Of a stretch of 64,000 nt of DNA, positions 20,201 to 30,082 are shown piece after piece. Under the pieces are notes generated by a model. It did not search any database and was not told where the DNA came from. It saw nothing but the letters and a program-made list of their open reading frames with translations. A program made the position numbers and the translations under genes. The stretch spans positions 2,784,001-2,848,000 of the forward strand of contig OZ253580.1 of assembly GCA_965263035.1 (NCBI GenBank), in the 5' to 3' direction. This DNA comes from Acidobacteriota bacterium. GTDB lineage: Bacteria > Acidobacteriota > UBA6911 > RPQK01 > JAJDTT01. Numbering within the stretch: the stretch's first letter is position 1; each line of letters starts with the position of its first letter.

Positions 20201-20931
20201 CCAGACTGGGTGTGAATGTGGACCACGTGGCCACGGTTCGGCAGGCTCGCCGGGCCCCCGAGCCGGATCCGGTGACCGCAGCGCTGCTGGCCGAGCTGGC
20301 AGGCGCCGACGGCATCACCGTACACTTGCGCGGAGACCGGCGCCATATTCGAGAGCGGGACGTGCGGCTGCTGCGGAAGGTCGTCACCACCCGGCTCAAC
20401 CTGGAAATGGCCGTCACCGAAGAGATGATGGAAATCGCGACCCGGCTCCGTCCCAATACCGCCAGCCTGGTGCCGGAAACCGATGAAGAGGTCACTACCG
20501 AAGGAGGATTGGATGTCACGGCGCGGGCCGAATCGATCCGCTCCGCGATCCGTACCCTGGAAACAGCAGGGTTGGAGGTCTCCCTGTTCATCGATCCCGA
20601 TCTGGAGCAGTTGGACGCCGCTTCCCGGATTGGCGCGCGCGTGGTGGAACTCAACACGGCGGCCTATGCCGACGCCGTACCCAAGGGTTTGTCGGAACAC
20701 GAACCGGAATTCGGGCGGGAGCTGGACAAGATCGTGGAAGCCACGGAATTTGCCGCCTCCCGGGGCATTCGGGTCTTGGCGGGTCACGGACTAACCTATC
20801 GGAACGTGCGACCCGTATCGCGAATCCCTCAAATCGAAGAGCTCAACATCGGACACAACATCGTGGCTCGAGCCACTCTGGTGGGCATGGAGCGCGCCGT
20901 CAGAGAGATGTTGCGCGCCATGAACGAATGA
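20197..20931 (+). CDS. pdxJ: pyridoxine 5'-phosphate synthase
   Basis: [27 protein letters not shown] and ELNIGH motifs. Confidence 0.96.
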   Translation: MTRLGVNVDHVATVRQARRAPEPDPVTAALLAELAGADGITVHLRGDRRHIRERDVRLLRKVVTTRLNLEMAVTEEMMEIATRLRPNTASLVPETDEEVTTEGGLDVTARAESIRSAIRTLETAGLEVSLFIDPDLEQLDAASRIGARVVELNTAAYADAVPKGLSEHEPEFGRELDKIVEATEFAASRGIRVLAGHGLTYRNVRPVSRIPQIEELNIGHNIVARATLVGMERAVREMLRAMNE

Positions 20932-21830
20932 ATTGCGAGACTCGTCTTCCATCCCCGGGAAACACCCCGCCTGGAACTCTCCATGTTTTGGCCACGCCAT
21001 TGGGACACTTGGGGGATCTGAGCCCACGGGCGCGCGAAGTTCTCACTTCCGTCGAACTAGTCGCTTGTGAGGACACTCGACATTCCGGAAAGCTGCTCAC
21101 CAGCTTCGCCATCCGCACTCGCACCATCAGCTACCATGAACACAATGAAACGGCTCAGGCCCAGACCCTCTTGAACCGGCTCCGCCAGGGTCAGAACATT
21201 GCCTTGATCAGCAATGCCGGGACGCCCCTGGTCTCGGACCCCGGTTATCGCCTGGTGCGCCTTTGCCGGAAACACATGATTCCCGTCTCTCCGATCCCCG
21301 GTCCCTCGGCGGCCATCGCCGCGCTGTCGGTTTCCGGACTTCCCACCGATCGGTTTCTGTTTGCCGGATTCCTTCCCAGGCGGTCCGGACCCATGCGCCG
21401 CGAGCTGGAGGCGCTGAAGGACTTGAAGGCAACGTTGATTCTCTATGTGGCGCCGCACAGACTGGCCTCAACCCTGGAGATGGCCCGGGAAGTCCTGGGT
21501 GATCGTCAGACCTGCCTGGCCAAGGAGATGACCAAGATCCACGAATCGTTCTACCTGGGAGCCCTGAGCCAGATAGGCTCCCTGGCCGGCAGCCAGCCGA
21601 AAGGGGAGTACACACTGGTCATCGAAGGGGCCGCATCTCAGTCTCCGAGGGTTTCGAACCTGGATCCGGAAGCCTACGTGGAAGGACTGATTCAGGTTCG
21701 AGATCTGACTCGTTCCCAGGCCGTGCGAGCCGCCGCGCGCGCCTTGGGGCTCCCTCGCCGCGAGGTCTACCGCCGCTGCCTCGAAGGTGGAGAGCTGCCC
21801 GACCGCCGTGAAGGATCCGGTGGAATCTGA
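20928..21830 (+). CDS. rsmI: 16S rRNA (C1402-2'-O)-methyltransferase
   Basis: [33 protein letters not shown] and KGEY motifs. Confidence 0.93.
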   Translation: MNCETRLPSPGNTPPGTLHVLATPLGHLGDLSPRAREVLTSVELVACEDTRHSGKLLTSFAIRTRTISYHEHNETAQAQTLLNRLRQGQNIALISNAGTPLVSDPGYRLVRLCRKHMIPVSPIPGPSAAIAALSVSGLPTDRFLFAGFLPRRSGPMRRELEALKDLKATLILYVAPHRLASTLEMAREVLGDRQTCLAKEMTKIHESFYLGALSQIGSLAGSQPKGEYTLVIEGAASQSPRVSNLDPEAYVEGLIQVRDLTRSQAVRAAARALGLPRREVYRRCLEGGELPDRREGSGGI

Positions 21831-21916
21831 GGAAATATTCAGAAAATCTGCATTACGATCGGGATATTCTCACATTACTTGATCATCTTCCGTTATTTGT
21901 TGTATAAATATGAATT
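21826..21916 (+). promoter_or_regulatory. AT-rich promoter with candidate ArgR ARG boxes
   Basis: TCTGAGGAAATATTCAGA (21826-21843), 3-bp spacer, half-box TCTGCAT; GTTGTATAAATATGAATT (21899-21916) overlapping TTGATC-N18-TATAAA; resembles the TGAATWWWWATTCA consensus. Confidence 0.55.
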
Positions 21917-21946
21917 CTTGTCCCTCAACGGGATTGGTGACAGAGC

Positions 21947-23032
21947 ATGAACGACTTGGAGCACGCGACGAGTCTTGCGACTCCGGCTACTACCAGTGTT
22001 GACGCCATCTCCTCGGTGGTCTCTCGTCTCCAGCTTCCTGTGAACTTCCGGCTGGGACATCCGGACCAGATTGACTACGGCCAGATCGTGGCGGCTCGCG
22101 TCCGGAGCGTAAACCTCTCCTATCCGGTGTTGGAGACCACAGGGGGCCGGGGTATCCGCCTCCGGGAGGGCATGAAAATAGTCGGTGCTCTTGGTGCCCG
22201 ACGAGCTCTCCACGGGTTCTCCGGACGCTTGCCGGCGCGACTCGGCCCAGGAGCGGTCTTCCACCTTCTGAACAAAGGGGGTGTGATGGGCGAGTGTACC
22301 GCCTTTCATCGTGCCTTGGGTTGGCCGGCAGAGCTCGAGTATCTCGGAACCGTTCACCATGGGGGCAGGTTTCTGGGTCTCCGGGACGGCGCCCTTCCCT
22401 CGCTTTCCCATTCCCTTCCCAGGATTCCCGTGATCCTGGTGCTGGGGACCTGCATGAACTCCGGAAAAACCGCCGTCTGCAAGCAGATTCTCCGCCTCTT
22501 CTCCCAAAAGGGCTTCAACGTCAACGCGGGCAAGGTGGCCGGTGTGGCAGCGTGCGCCGACCTGGAGGCAATGCGGAAGAGCGGGGCCGGCCGGGTCCTG
22601 AGTTTTAATGACCTGGGCCTTCCCTCCAGCGCCCATTTGTCCGATCTCTCCACCGTCGCCCGGTCGCTGGTGCACCACTTGTCCTCCCCGCGTCCGGACT
22701 TCACCCTGCTGGAGGCGGGCGACGGAATTCTGGGCGGCTATCATGTTGATTCTCTGCTCCATGACGATCATTTGCTGGAACGAGTCGTGAGCGTGGTCCT
22801 GTGCGCCAACGACCTGATGGGAGTCTGGGGATCCCTGGAGTGGTTGCGCCAACAAGGCCACGAACCTCAGGAGCTGTCGCTGCTGGTGTCGGGCCCGGCC
22901 ACCGACAGCGCTGAGGGAATTCGCTACATCGAGCGGCATTTCCGGGTTCCTGCGGCCAACGCCTTCGAGAGCTCCGGAAAGCTGTGCACCTTCATCCTGA
23001 AACGGTTGATACCATGGTCAAGATCGGCATAG
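21947..23032 (+). CDS. DUF1611/DgcN-like P-loop protein; candidate alternative N-acetylglutamate synthase
   Basis: GTCMNSGKT P-loop-like motif, GKVAG, F.D.GLPSS and EAGDG motifs; first gene of the arg operon, overlapping argC. Confidence 0.7.
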   Translation: MNDLEHATSLATPATTSVDAISSVVSRLQLPVNFRLGHPDQIDYGQIVAARVRSVNLSYPVLETTGGRGIRLREGMKIVGALGARRALHGFSGRLPARLGPGAVFHLLNKGGVMGECTAFHRALGWPAELEYLGTVHHGGRFLGLRDGALPSLSHSLPRIPVILVLGTCMNSGKTAVCKQILRLFSQKGFNVNAGKVAGVAACADLEAMRKSGAGRVLSFNDLGLPSSAHLSDLSTVARSLVHHLSSPRPDFTLLEAGDGILGGYHVDSLLHDDHLLERVVSVVLCANDLMGVWGSLEWLRQQGHEPQELSLLVSGPATDSAEGIRYIERHFRVPAANAFESSGKLCTFILKRLIPWSRSA

Positions 23033-24024
23033 CGGGCGGGTCGGGATACAGCGGCGGGGAACTGATCCGCAACCTGGCCAAACATCCCCAAGCGCAGTTG
23101 ACCTGGATCTCCTCCCGGCAATTCTCCGGTCAACCTGTGGCATCCCTCTATCCCAACTTGCGGGGATTCGTGGATTGTCATTTCGACAGTCTGGATTCTC
23201 TTGCGGACACCGACTTGGATGTCCTTTTCCTGGCCTTGCCCCATGGCCATGCCATGAAGATCCTGCCGCGGCTTCCTCGGGACCTGATCGTCATCGACCT
23301 GAGCGGAGATTTTCGCATTTCCGATGCCGCCAGCTTCGAGCAGCACTACGGATTTGTCCAAGAGGCCCCACAACTTCAGTCCACCTTCGTCTATGGCCTT
23401 CCCGAGATCCATCGGGACCGGATACGCCAGAGCTCCAGGGTCGCCAATCCGGGGTGCTTTGCCACCGCTACCATTCTTGCCCTCCACCCTCTGTACCAGG
23501 AGGGGTGGGTCAAGGGGCCCGTTTTCGTAGACACCAAAACCGGATCCTCCGGGGCTGGTCGGGTGCCCGGCCACAAAACCCATCATCCCCGGCGGAGCAA
23601 CAGCTTCTTTCCCTACAAGCCGTTTCGCCACCAGCACGTGGCCGAAATCTCACAGATCCTGGACACCGCCGCCCACCCGCTGGTTTTCCAGACCTACTCC
23701 ACACCCTTGGTCCGGGGCATTTTTGCCAGCCACTACATGGAGTTGGACCGGCCGCTGCGGGCCGACGAAGTCCGGGATCTCTACTCCAGCTATTACGGAA
23801 ACGAATTCTTCATTCGTTGGGTCGGCGAAGACCCGGACATCAACTTCGTCCGCAATGGGAACTTCGTGGATCTGGGCGCGGCCCACGACGACCATTTCCT
23901 CATTGTCTGGTCGACGCTGGACAATCTACAGAAGGGCGCTGCCGGCCAGGCCATTCAGAATATGAACCTGATCTGCGGCCTCCCGGAAACCATGGGACTC
24001 GATTTCCCTCCGTCACATCCGTGA
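23014..24024 (+). CDS. argC: N-acetyl-gamma-glutamyl-phosphate reductase
   Basis: GGSGYSGGEL, DLSGDFR, ANPGCFAT, GSSGAG and DNLQKGAAGQA motifs. Confidence 0.93.
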   Translation: MVKIGIAGGSGYSGGELIRNLAKHPQAQLTWISSRQFSGQPVASLYPNLRGFVDCHFDSLDSLADTDLDVLFLALPHGHAMKILPRLPRDLIVIDLSGDFRISDAASFEQHYGFVQEAPQLQSTFVYGLPEIHRDRIRQSSRVANPGCFATATILALHPLYQEGWVKGPVFVDTKTGSSGAGRVPGHKTHHPRRSNSFFPYKPFRHQHVAEISQILDTAAHPLVFQTYSTPLVRGIFASHYMELDRPLRADEVRDLYSSYYGNEFFIRWVGEDPDINFVRNGNFVDLGAAHDDHFLIVWSTLDNLQKGAAGQAIQNMNLICGLPETMGLDFPPSHP

Positions 24025-24050
24025 CGGACTCGACTCGGCAGGGAGAAAAA

Positions 24051-25220
24051 ATGAGAGAACTTGCCAACACCGTCATGGAAACGGAGGACCGGTACCAGCT
24101 CAAGACCTACGCGAAGCTGCCGTTGGTGCTGGATCGGGGCCGCGGTTGCTACGTCTATGACCAGGACGGAAACGAATACCTGGATCTGTACGGCGGCCAC
24201 GCCGTGGTCTCGACCGGCCACTGCCACCCCCGGGTCGTGGAAGCCATTCGCACTCAGGTCGAGGAGATTCTCTTCTATTCCAACGTGGTCTACAGCTCGG
24301 TCCGCGCTCGGGCGGTCAAGAAGCTGATGGAATTTGCGGGACCACCCTACTGGCAGGCGTTCTTGGCCAATTCGGGCAGCGAGGCCAACGAGAGCGCCAT
24401 CAAGGTGGCCCGTGCCCTGACCGGCAGGCCCACAGTTCTGTCCCTCTCAAATTCCTTTCACGGACGTACTTACGGAAGTCTGTCCAGCACCGGTGTCTCC
24501 CATTACGCCGAGTATCTGAACACTCCCGTCCCCGGTCATCGTATTCTGGATCTCCAGGAAATCGCCGTTTCCGTCGATTCGGAAACGGCCGCCGTCCTGC
24601 TGGAGCCGATCCAGAGCATGGGTGGAGTGAAGGAGGTTCCGGAAAAGACTCTCCGTCAGATCCACGACGCCTGCCGCAGTCACGGGTCGTTCCTCATTTT
24701 CGACGAGGTCCAGACCGGAGTCGGCCGCACCGGCAGCTTCCTCTACGCCGGCACCGGAGGAATCTACCCCGAGATGGTCACCCTGGCCAAAGGGATCGCA
24801 TCGGGAGTTCCCGCCAGTGCGCTTCTGGTGACCCGCGAAGTGGCGGAACGGGTGCGGTCGGGGGACTTGGGCGCCACCTTCGGAGGGGCCCCCATTTCCT
24901 GTGCCGCCATGGAAGCCACGCTTCAGGTTCTGGAAGAGGAGAACCTGATCCAGAATGCGGCACGGATCGGAAGCTACCTGCAGCATGAGCTGGAGGCCCT
25001 GCCCTGGGTTGAGGAGGTCCGGGGAAGGGGGCTCTTGCTGGGCATCAAGATCAAGGGAGGAACGGCCAAGGATCTGGGGCGTTTCCTGCGGGCAAGCAGA
25101 ATCCTGACCGGTACCTCCAGCAATCCGTCCGTGCTTCGCCTGATGCCGCCGCTGGTCCTTGGACGAAATGAGGCCGATGCCTTCCTGGAGGTGATCCGCG
25201 ACTATGAACCTGGTCATTAA
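24051..25220 (+). CDS. argD: acetylornithine aminotransferase (class III)
   Basis: YLDLYGGHAV, NSGSEANE, FHGRT, DEVQTG and TLAKG motifs; GGGAG SD before ATG 24051. Confidence 0.9.
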   Translation: MRELANTVMETEDRYQLKTYAKLPLVLDRGRGCYVYDQDGNEYLDLYGGHAVVSTGHCHPRVVEAIRTQVEEILFYSNVVYSSVRARAVKKLMEFAGPPYWQAFLANSGSEANESAIKVARALTGRPTVLSLSNSFHGRTYGSLSSTGVSHYAEYLNTPVPGHRILDLQEIAVSVDSETAAVLLEPIQSMGGVKEVPEKTLRQIHDACRSHGSFLIFDEVQTGVGRTGSFLYAGTGGIYPEMVTLAKGIASGVPASALLVTREVAERVRSGDLGATFGGAPISCAAMEATLQVLEEENLIQNAARIGSYLQHELEALPWVEEVRGRGLLLGIKIKGGTAKDLGRFLRASRILTGTSSNPSVLRLMPPLVLGRNEADAFLEVIRDYEPGH

Positions 25221-26022
25221 GCTGAGCGGAAAGGTCCTGGAACAGGAGAGCCTCCGCCGTTCTCTCTGTAATCAGATCACGGCCCTGATTCGCGCTCCCC
25301 ATCGGATTATTCTGATCCACGGAGGCGGAAAGCAACTTTCCGGCCTCTGCGAACGGTTGGGAATTCCGGTGGTGCAGCACGAGGGACGCCGGGTCACCGA
25401 CGAGCCTACGTTGAACGCTGCGAAGATGGTCTTCTCGGCCGCCAACCGGGACTTGGTGGCGACGTTGAATTCCTGCGGCGCAAGAGCCATCGGCTTTGCC
25501 AGCTTCGATGCCGGACTGGTTCGCTGCCGCCGGCGGGGACCGGTCCCCGTGCGGACCGCCGGATGCAACGGCGTCTCCGAGAAACAATTGGTGGATTTCG
25601 GTCTGGTCGGAGAGATCGAGAGCGTCGATCCTCGTCTGATTCAGGACCTCTGGGCTGCGAATCTGCTTCCGGTGGTGAGTTGCCTGTGCGCTACCGATGA
25701 CGGCCGAATTCTCAATATCAACGCCGACACTCTCGCCGCCAGACTCGCCACCGCGTTGCGGGCCGACTGCCTGGTGTCGGTGACCGACGTGGACGGTCTC
25801 TATCTGGACGACTTTCGCGAAACGGTGCCCCGGCTGACCGCGGATGAGGTCCGCGTGCACTTGCGGTCCGGTGTCATCAGCGACGGGATGGTCCCCAAGA
25901 TTCAGACCGCCTTGAAGGCATTGGAGCAACAGATTCCCATGGTCCAGATCGTGGGCGGATTGGCGCCCAACGGTCTGATCAGGGGCATCGAGGGTCTGGC
26001 GGGCACCCGCATCGTCCCCTGA
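25204..26022 (+). CDS. argB: acetylglutamate kinase
   Basis: VIKLSG, IHGGG, GRRVTD, LNINAD and GMVPK motifs. Confidence 0.92.
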   Translation: MNLVIKLSGKVLEQESLRRSLCNQITALIRAPHRIILIHGGGKQLSGLCERLGIPVVQHEGRRVTDEPTLNAAKMVFSAANRDLVATLNSCGARAIGFASFDAGLVRCRRRGPVPVRTAGCNGVSEKQLVDFGLVGEIESVDPRLIQDLWAANLLPVVSCLCATDDGRILNINADTLAARLATALRADCLVSVTDVDGLYLDDFRETVPRLTADEVRVHLRSGVISDGMVPKIQTALKALEQQIPMVQIVGGLAPNGLIRGIEGLAGTRIVP

Positions 26023-26049
26023 CCGCCCTTCGAGCTGGAACGGGATATG

Positions 26050-27546
26050 TCAGGCGTCCAGCGCCAGAACGGGTTTCGACAAACCCAGCTCCTGCTCCAG
26101 CACATGCGCGACCCGCAGTAACAGACCTTCCCCGAAGTGGGGCCCCAGCAGCTGCAGTCCGATCGGCACGCCCTCAGGTGTGTAGGCGCAAGTGGTGGCC
26201 ACTCCGGGAATGCCCGCCAGATTGGCAGTGACCGTGTACACGTCCGACAAGTACATCTCCAAGGGATCAGCGGTCATGTCGCCCTGCCGAAACGGCAGTG
26301 ATGGAGCGGTGGGACCCATCAGAACGTCCGCCCGCTCGAAAGCTCTGCAGTAATCCTCCTTGACCAGGGTCCGAACCTTGCTGGCCTTGAGGTAATACGC
26401 ATCGTAGTAGCCGGCACTCAAGACATAGGTCCCGATCATGATCCGCCGCTTGACCTCGTCTCCGAATCCTTCGCTGCGGCTGTTTCGATAGGTTTCCTCC
26501 AGGGCCCCGATCCTGCTGCTCCGGTGGCCATATCGCATTCCGTCGTAGCGAGCCAGATTCGAACTCGCCTCGGCCAGAGCAATGATGTAGTAGGTGGCTA
26601 TCGCGAACTCCGTATGGGGCAGATCGACCTCCACGACCTGACACCCAACAGCCTCCAGCTTGGCTGCCGCGCGCCGGACCGCAGCTTCGATCCGCCGGTC
26701 CAGACCGGACGAGAACCACTCCGCCGGAAGACCGATCCTCAAGCCTCGGACGTCCCCTTCGAGTGCTGCAACATAATCTTCCACCGGCCGCCTTGCGGAG
26801 GTCGAGTCCATTGGATCGTAGCCGGACACGACCTGCAGAATCATGGCCGCGTCACGTGCAGTGTGGGCCAGCGGTCCAATCTGGTCCAGCGAGGAGGCAA
26901 ACGCCACCAGTCCGTAACGGGAAACCCTCCCGTAGGTCGGTTTCAATCCCACGACTCCACAGAAGGCGGCGGGCAGGCGAATCGAGCCGCCGGTGTCACT
27001 CCCCAGGGCACCCGGAGCCTCCATTGCGGCCACCGCCGCGGCCGATCCGCCGCTGGACCCGCCGGGAACTCTGTTCAGGTCCCAGGGATTGCGGGTGGGG
27101 AAGAATCCCGAGTTCTCGGTGGTGGAACCCATGGCGAACTCGTCCAGATTGGTCTTTCCCAGAATCAGCCCTCCGTCAGCCCGGAGACGGGCGACCGATG
27201 TGGCTTCGTAGGGGGGAACGTAATGCTCCAGAATCCGGGACCCGCAGGTCGTCCGCATTCCCCGGGTAACAATATTATCCTTCACGGCCAAGGGAATTCC
27301 GGTCAACAGGCCGAGCTCCCTTTTCCCCGAGGCCAGAGTCTGATCCAGAGCCCGGGCCTCGTCCAGCAGAGTATCCGCACCAACGCTGATGAAGGCCTGG
27401 ACCTTGGGATCTCGCGACCGAATCCGCCGCAGGTAGGCTTCGGCGATTTCTACCGATGAGATCTGCCGATTCTTGATCGCCCGGTGCAGTTGGGCAATGG
27501 ACAGATCGCAGATTTCACACGCCGATCCGGGTGACTCGTGTTCCAT
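26050..27546 (-). CDS. gatA: Asp/Glu-tRNA amidotransferase subunit A
   Basis: GKTNLDEFAMGS, PGGSSGGS, GSDTGGSIR and SSNLARYDG motifs. Confidence 0.96.
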   Translation of the reverse strand: MEHESPGSACEICDLSIAQLHRAIKNRQISSVEIAEAYLRRIRSRDPKVQAFISVGADTLLDEARALDQTLASGKRELGLLTGIPLAVKDNIVTRGMRTTCGSRILEHYVPPYEATSVARLRADGGLILGKTNLDEFAMGSTTENSGFFPTRNPWDLNRVPGGSSGGSAAAVAAMEAPGALGSDTGGSIRLPAAFCGVVGLKPTYGRVSRYGLVAFASSLDQIGPLAHTARDAAMILQVVSGYDPMDSTSARRPVEDYVAALEGDVRGLRIGLPAEWFSSGLDRRIEAAVRRAAAKLEAVGCQVVEVDLPHTEFAIATYYIIALAEASSNLARYDGMRYGHRSSRIGALEETYRNSRSEGFGDEVKRRIMIGTYVLSAGYYDAYYLKASKVRTLVKEDYCRAFERADVLMGPTAPSLPFRQGDMTADPLEMYLSDVYTVTANLAGIPGVATTCAYTPEGVPIGLQLLGPHFGEGLLLRVAHVLEQELGLSKPVLALDA

Positions 27547-27842
27547 CACTCGATGACCCTGGGCACTCGGAAGTACCCCTTTTGAGCCTTGGGCGATCCC
27601 TCCAGGACGGCTTCCGGTGCCAGCGAGGGCCGGGTTCGGTCGGGACGTACGGCACCCTCGCCCGGGATCTCCGCCAGGCCATGGTAGGTCGGCGCCACCC
27701 CTTTCGTGTCCACCTGCTGGAGCTGCTCAAAATAATCCAGAATTCGCTGGAACTGGGCGACGAACCGCTGCAGTTCATCGGGAGAGAATTCCAGATGGGC
27801 CAACTCGGCGATTCTTCGGACCTCTTTGGGAGTGATGCTCAT
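27546..27842 (-). CDS. gatC: Asp/Glu-tRNA amidotransferase subunit C
   Basis: ITPKEVRRIAELAHL...YFRVPRVIE; directly upstream of gatA. Confidence 0.92.
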   Translation of the reverse strand: MSITPKEVRRIAELAHLEFSPDELQRFVAQFQRILDYFEQLQQVDTKGVAPTYHGLAEIPGEGAVRPDRTRPSLAPEAVLEGSPKAQKGYFRVPRVIE

Positions 27843-28795
27843 TGGACTTTCCTCTCGAGAACCGAATCCGACTTCATTCCATATTTGCGGGCCATCCGGA
27901 CATCGCACCCGACTCGCCGTCTCAAAGCCGCAAGGTTGGAGAATCGCCTCTCCGCACGCAGCCTGTACCAGAAATCGAGCGTCATGAACTCTCCGTACAG
28001 GTCGCAGTCCGCATCCAGCAAGTAGGTCTCCACCAACGGCTTGTCCGCGGGTTCGCCCAATGTGGGGCGGTAGCCTATATTGGTGGCGCCGACAAAAACA
28101 GCGCCGTTGACCGTCGCTCGGGTGACGTACACCCCAGTTGCCGGTATGAGCTCGCTGGCCGGCTGAAGATTCGCCGTGGGGTATCCCAGGTCCGCGCCTC
28201 TGCCCGATCCCCTCACCACCGTACCCAGAATCTGGTAGGGCCGGTCCAGGAGGCGCCGGCAGAGCGCCACCCTCCCTTGGCCCAACAGCTTGCGGACGAC
28301 CGTACTGCTGACACGTTGTCCCCGAAAACGGACCGAATCGATGGAATAGACATCAAACCCGAACTTCCGCCCCAGGGATTCCAGGGTCATGAAATCGCCT
28401 GCTCTCCCGTACCCGAAGCGAAAGTTGCTACCCACGTGGATCTCTTTCATGCCATGGGATCCCAGGACATCCCGGACGAAACGTTCGGGACTGAATCGGG
28501 AGACCTGACGGCTGAAGGGGAAACGAACCAGGATGTCCAGATCCATCTCCCTGAGGAGACGATGCTTCTGCACCGGCAACTGCAAAAGGGAAGGCGCGTC
28601 CGCGGGCGAAATGATTTTCTGAGGATGAGGGGAGAAGGTGAGGAGAATCCCGGTCCCGTTCATTTCTCGAGCCCGCTCCACCACCCGTTTGACGATCGCC
28701 TGGTGTCCCAGATGCAGGCCGTCAAAAACGCCGATCGTGGCCACCGGATACGGTAACCCGGGAGGGAGCTTCTTCAGGTCGTCAATGATCTGCAT
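27839..28795 (-). CDS. ribF: bifunctional riboflavin kinase/FAD synthetase
   Basis: IGVFDGLHLGHQ, FRFG, VSST, GYPTAN and NIGYRPT motifs. Confidence 0.95.
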   Translation of the reverse strand: MQIIDDLKKLPPGLPYPVATIGVFDGLHLGHQAIVKRVVERAREMNGTGILLTFSPHPQKIISPADAPSLLQLPVQKHRLLREMDLDILVRFPFSRQVSRFSPERFVRDVLGSHGMKEIHVGSNFRFGYGRAGDFMTLESLGRKFGFDVYSIDSVRFRGQRVSSTVVRKLLGQGRVALCRRLLDRPYQILGTVVRGSGRGADLGYPTANLQPASELIPATGVYVTRATVNGAVFVGATNIGYRPTLGEPADKPLVETYLLDADCDLYGEFMTLDFWYRLRAERRFSNLAALRRRVGCDVRMARKYGMKSDSVLERKVQ

Positions 28796-28834
28796 GTTCC
28801 TTCACGATGCGGGAGGTCGCGCCGGCGACTCGAG

Positions 28835-29590
28835 TCATACCTCCAGGACAAGACCGTCATGGGCCAGACTGACTGACTCCGGCAGGTAGGCATTTCCCTC
28901 GTCGTGGTCCACTTCGTGGCAGATGTGGACCAGATAGGTTCGCTCGGGCCCAATGCGAGCCGCCGCCTCGACCGCTTCCGACAGGCTGAAGTGCGTTGGA
29001 TGACTCTGATAACGAAGGCCGTCCAGCACCAGGCACTCCACCCCTCGGAGACGCTCGAAGCTGACCTCCGGAATATAGCTCACATCGGTCAGGTAGGCGA
29101 GACGCCCGATTCGGAAACCCAGCACCGGCATCCGGCCATGCATGAGGTCGATGGGCTCGATTTCCAGATCACCCACTCGGAACCTGCCGGCAACCGGAAT
29201 CAGCTGGACGCTGGGAACGCCGGGATAACCCTTGCCGTCGAACAGGTGACGAAAGGTCACCGCGATCTCTTTGAGTGTGGCTTCACTTCCATAGGCGGGT
29301 ACCGTCCGCTCCGACCACATGTTGAACGGGTAAACGTCGTCGAGTCCGAGAATGTGGTCCACGTGAGAATGGGTATAGAGGAGAGCGTCGAGGTGACGAA
29401 CTCCGCACCGAAGCATCTGAACACGGAAGTCGACGGAAGTATCGATGACCAGTGTCACCGTGCCCTGGATCAGAAGCGAACTGCGCAGCCGATGGTTTTT
29501 CGGATCGTCCGACAAGCAAACCTTGCAATCACATCCAATGACGGGAATGCCGCGGGAGGTCCCGGTTCCAAGAAACGTCACCCGCATCAC
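28835..29590 (-). CDS. MBL-fold metallo-hydrolase (PhnP-like)
   Basis: LGTGTSRGIPVIGCDC, THSHVDH and YLTD motifs. Confidence 0.9.
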   Translation of the reverse strand: MMRVTFLGTGTSRGIPVIGCDCKVCLSDDPKNHRLRSSLLIQGTVTLVIDTSVDFRVQMLRCGVRHLDALLYTHSHVDHILGLDDVYPFNMWSERTVPAYGSEATLKEIAVTFRHLFDGKGYPGVPSVQLIPVAGRFRVGDLEIEPIDLMHGRMPVLGFRIGRLAYLTDVSYIPEVSFERLRGVECLVLDGLRYQSHPTHFSLSEAVEAAARIGPERTYLVHICHEVDHDEGNAYLPESVSLAHDGLVLEV

Positions 29591-30018
29591 AGCTTGATCG
29601 AGTTGGACTGCCTCATGACACCCATCTGCATCTCGTAGATCAGGCTGTCCAACAGCCTCGCCTCCTCCTCTGAAAGATTCCCTAGAGTCTTGTCCCTCAG
29701 CACCGACAGGATTTCAATCATCTGTCTGGCGCCCGAAAGGTTCTCCTGTTTCTTGCCGGTTACCGGGTCAGGAATGGCGCCCAGATGAACCATGCCAGTG
29801 GTGGCCAGAGACAGGACGAATCCGGAAAAATCCATCCCTGCTTCACCGGAAGCTTCGCCTGCTCCGGAAGCCCGCGGCACCCTCGCGTCCGTCCCGGCCG
29901 TGCGTTTCTCCACATCCTTCGATGCCTTCTCCGGCCGGGCCGCTCGCAACTCTCCATCCTCGGCGAAGATCCTTCGATCGCGAACCTTGAATCCTCCCTG
30001 GCCTGACTCTCCCGTCAT
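29587..30018 (-). CDS. DUF1844 family protein
   Basis: FKVRDRRIF N-terminus; F..FVLSL...HLG.IPDP...A..MIEIL..L..KT.GNL..EE pattern. Confidence 0.85.
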   Translation of the reverse strand: MTGESGQGGFKVRDRRIFAEDGELRAARPEKASKDVEKRTAGTDARVPRASGAGEASGEAGMDFSGFVLSLATTGMVHLGAIPDPVTGKKQENLSGARQMIEILSVLRDKTLGNLSEEEARLLDSLIYEMQMGVMRQSNSIKL

Positions 30019-30033
30019 GAATTCGCCCCCTCT
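29936..30033. repeat. 98-bp direct repeat, copy A
   Basis: 89/98 identical to 31130-31227 by manual alignment. Confidence 0.9.
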
Positions 30034-30082
30034 TCTTCCGTCACTTCGGCATCGCCCATGTTTCCCGTGCGGCGAACAGCGG

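Noticed and set aside
23175-24050. 681-aa ORF suggesting an N-terminally extended ArgD fusion
   Set aside because: The extension is an alternative frame of argC; ArgD has its own SD and ATG at 24051
26050-27842. gatB missing from the gatCA unit
   Set aside because: Split gatCA/gatB arrangements are common; absence cannot be inferred from one window
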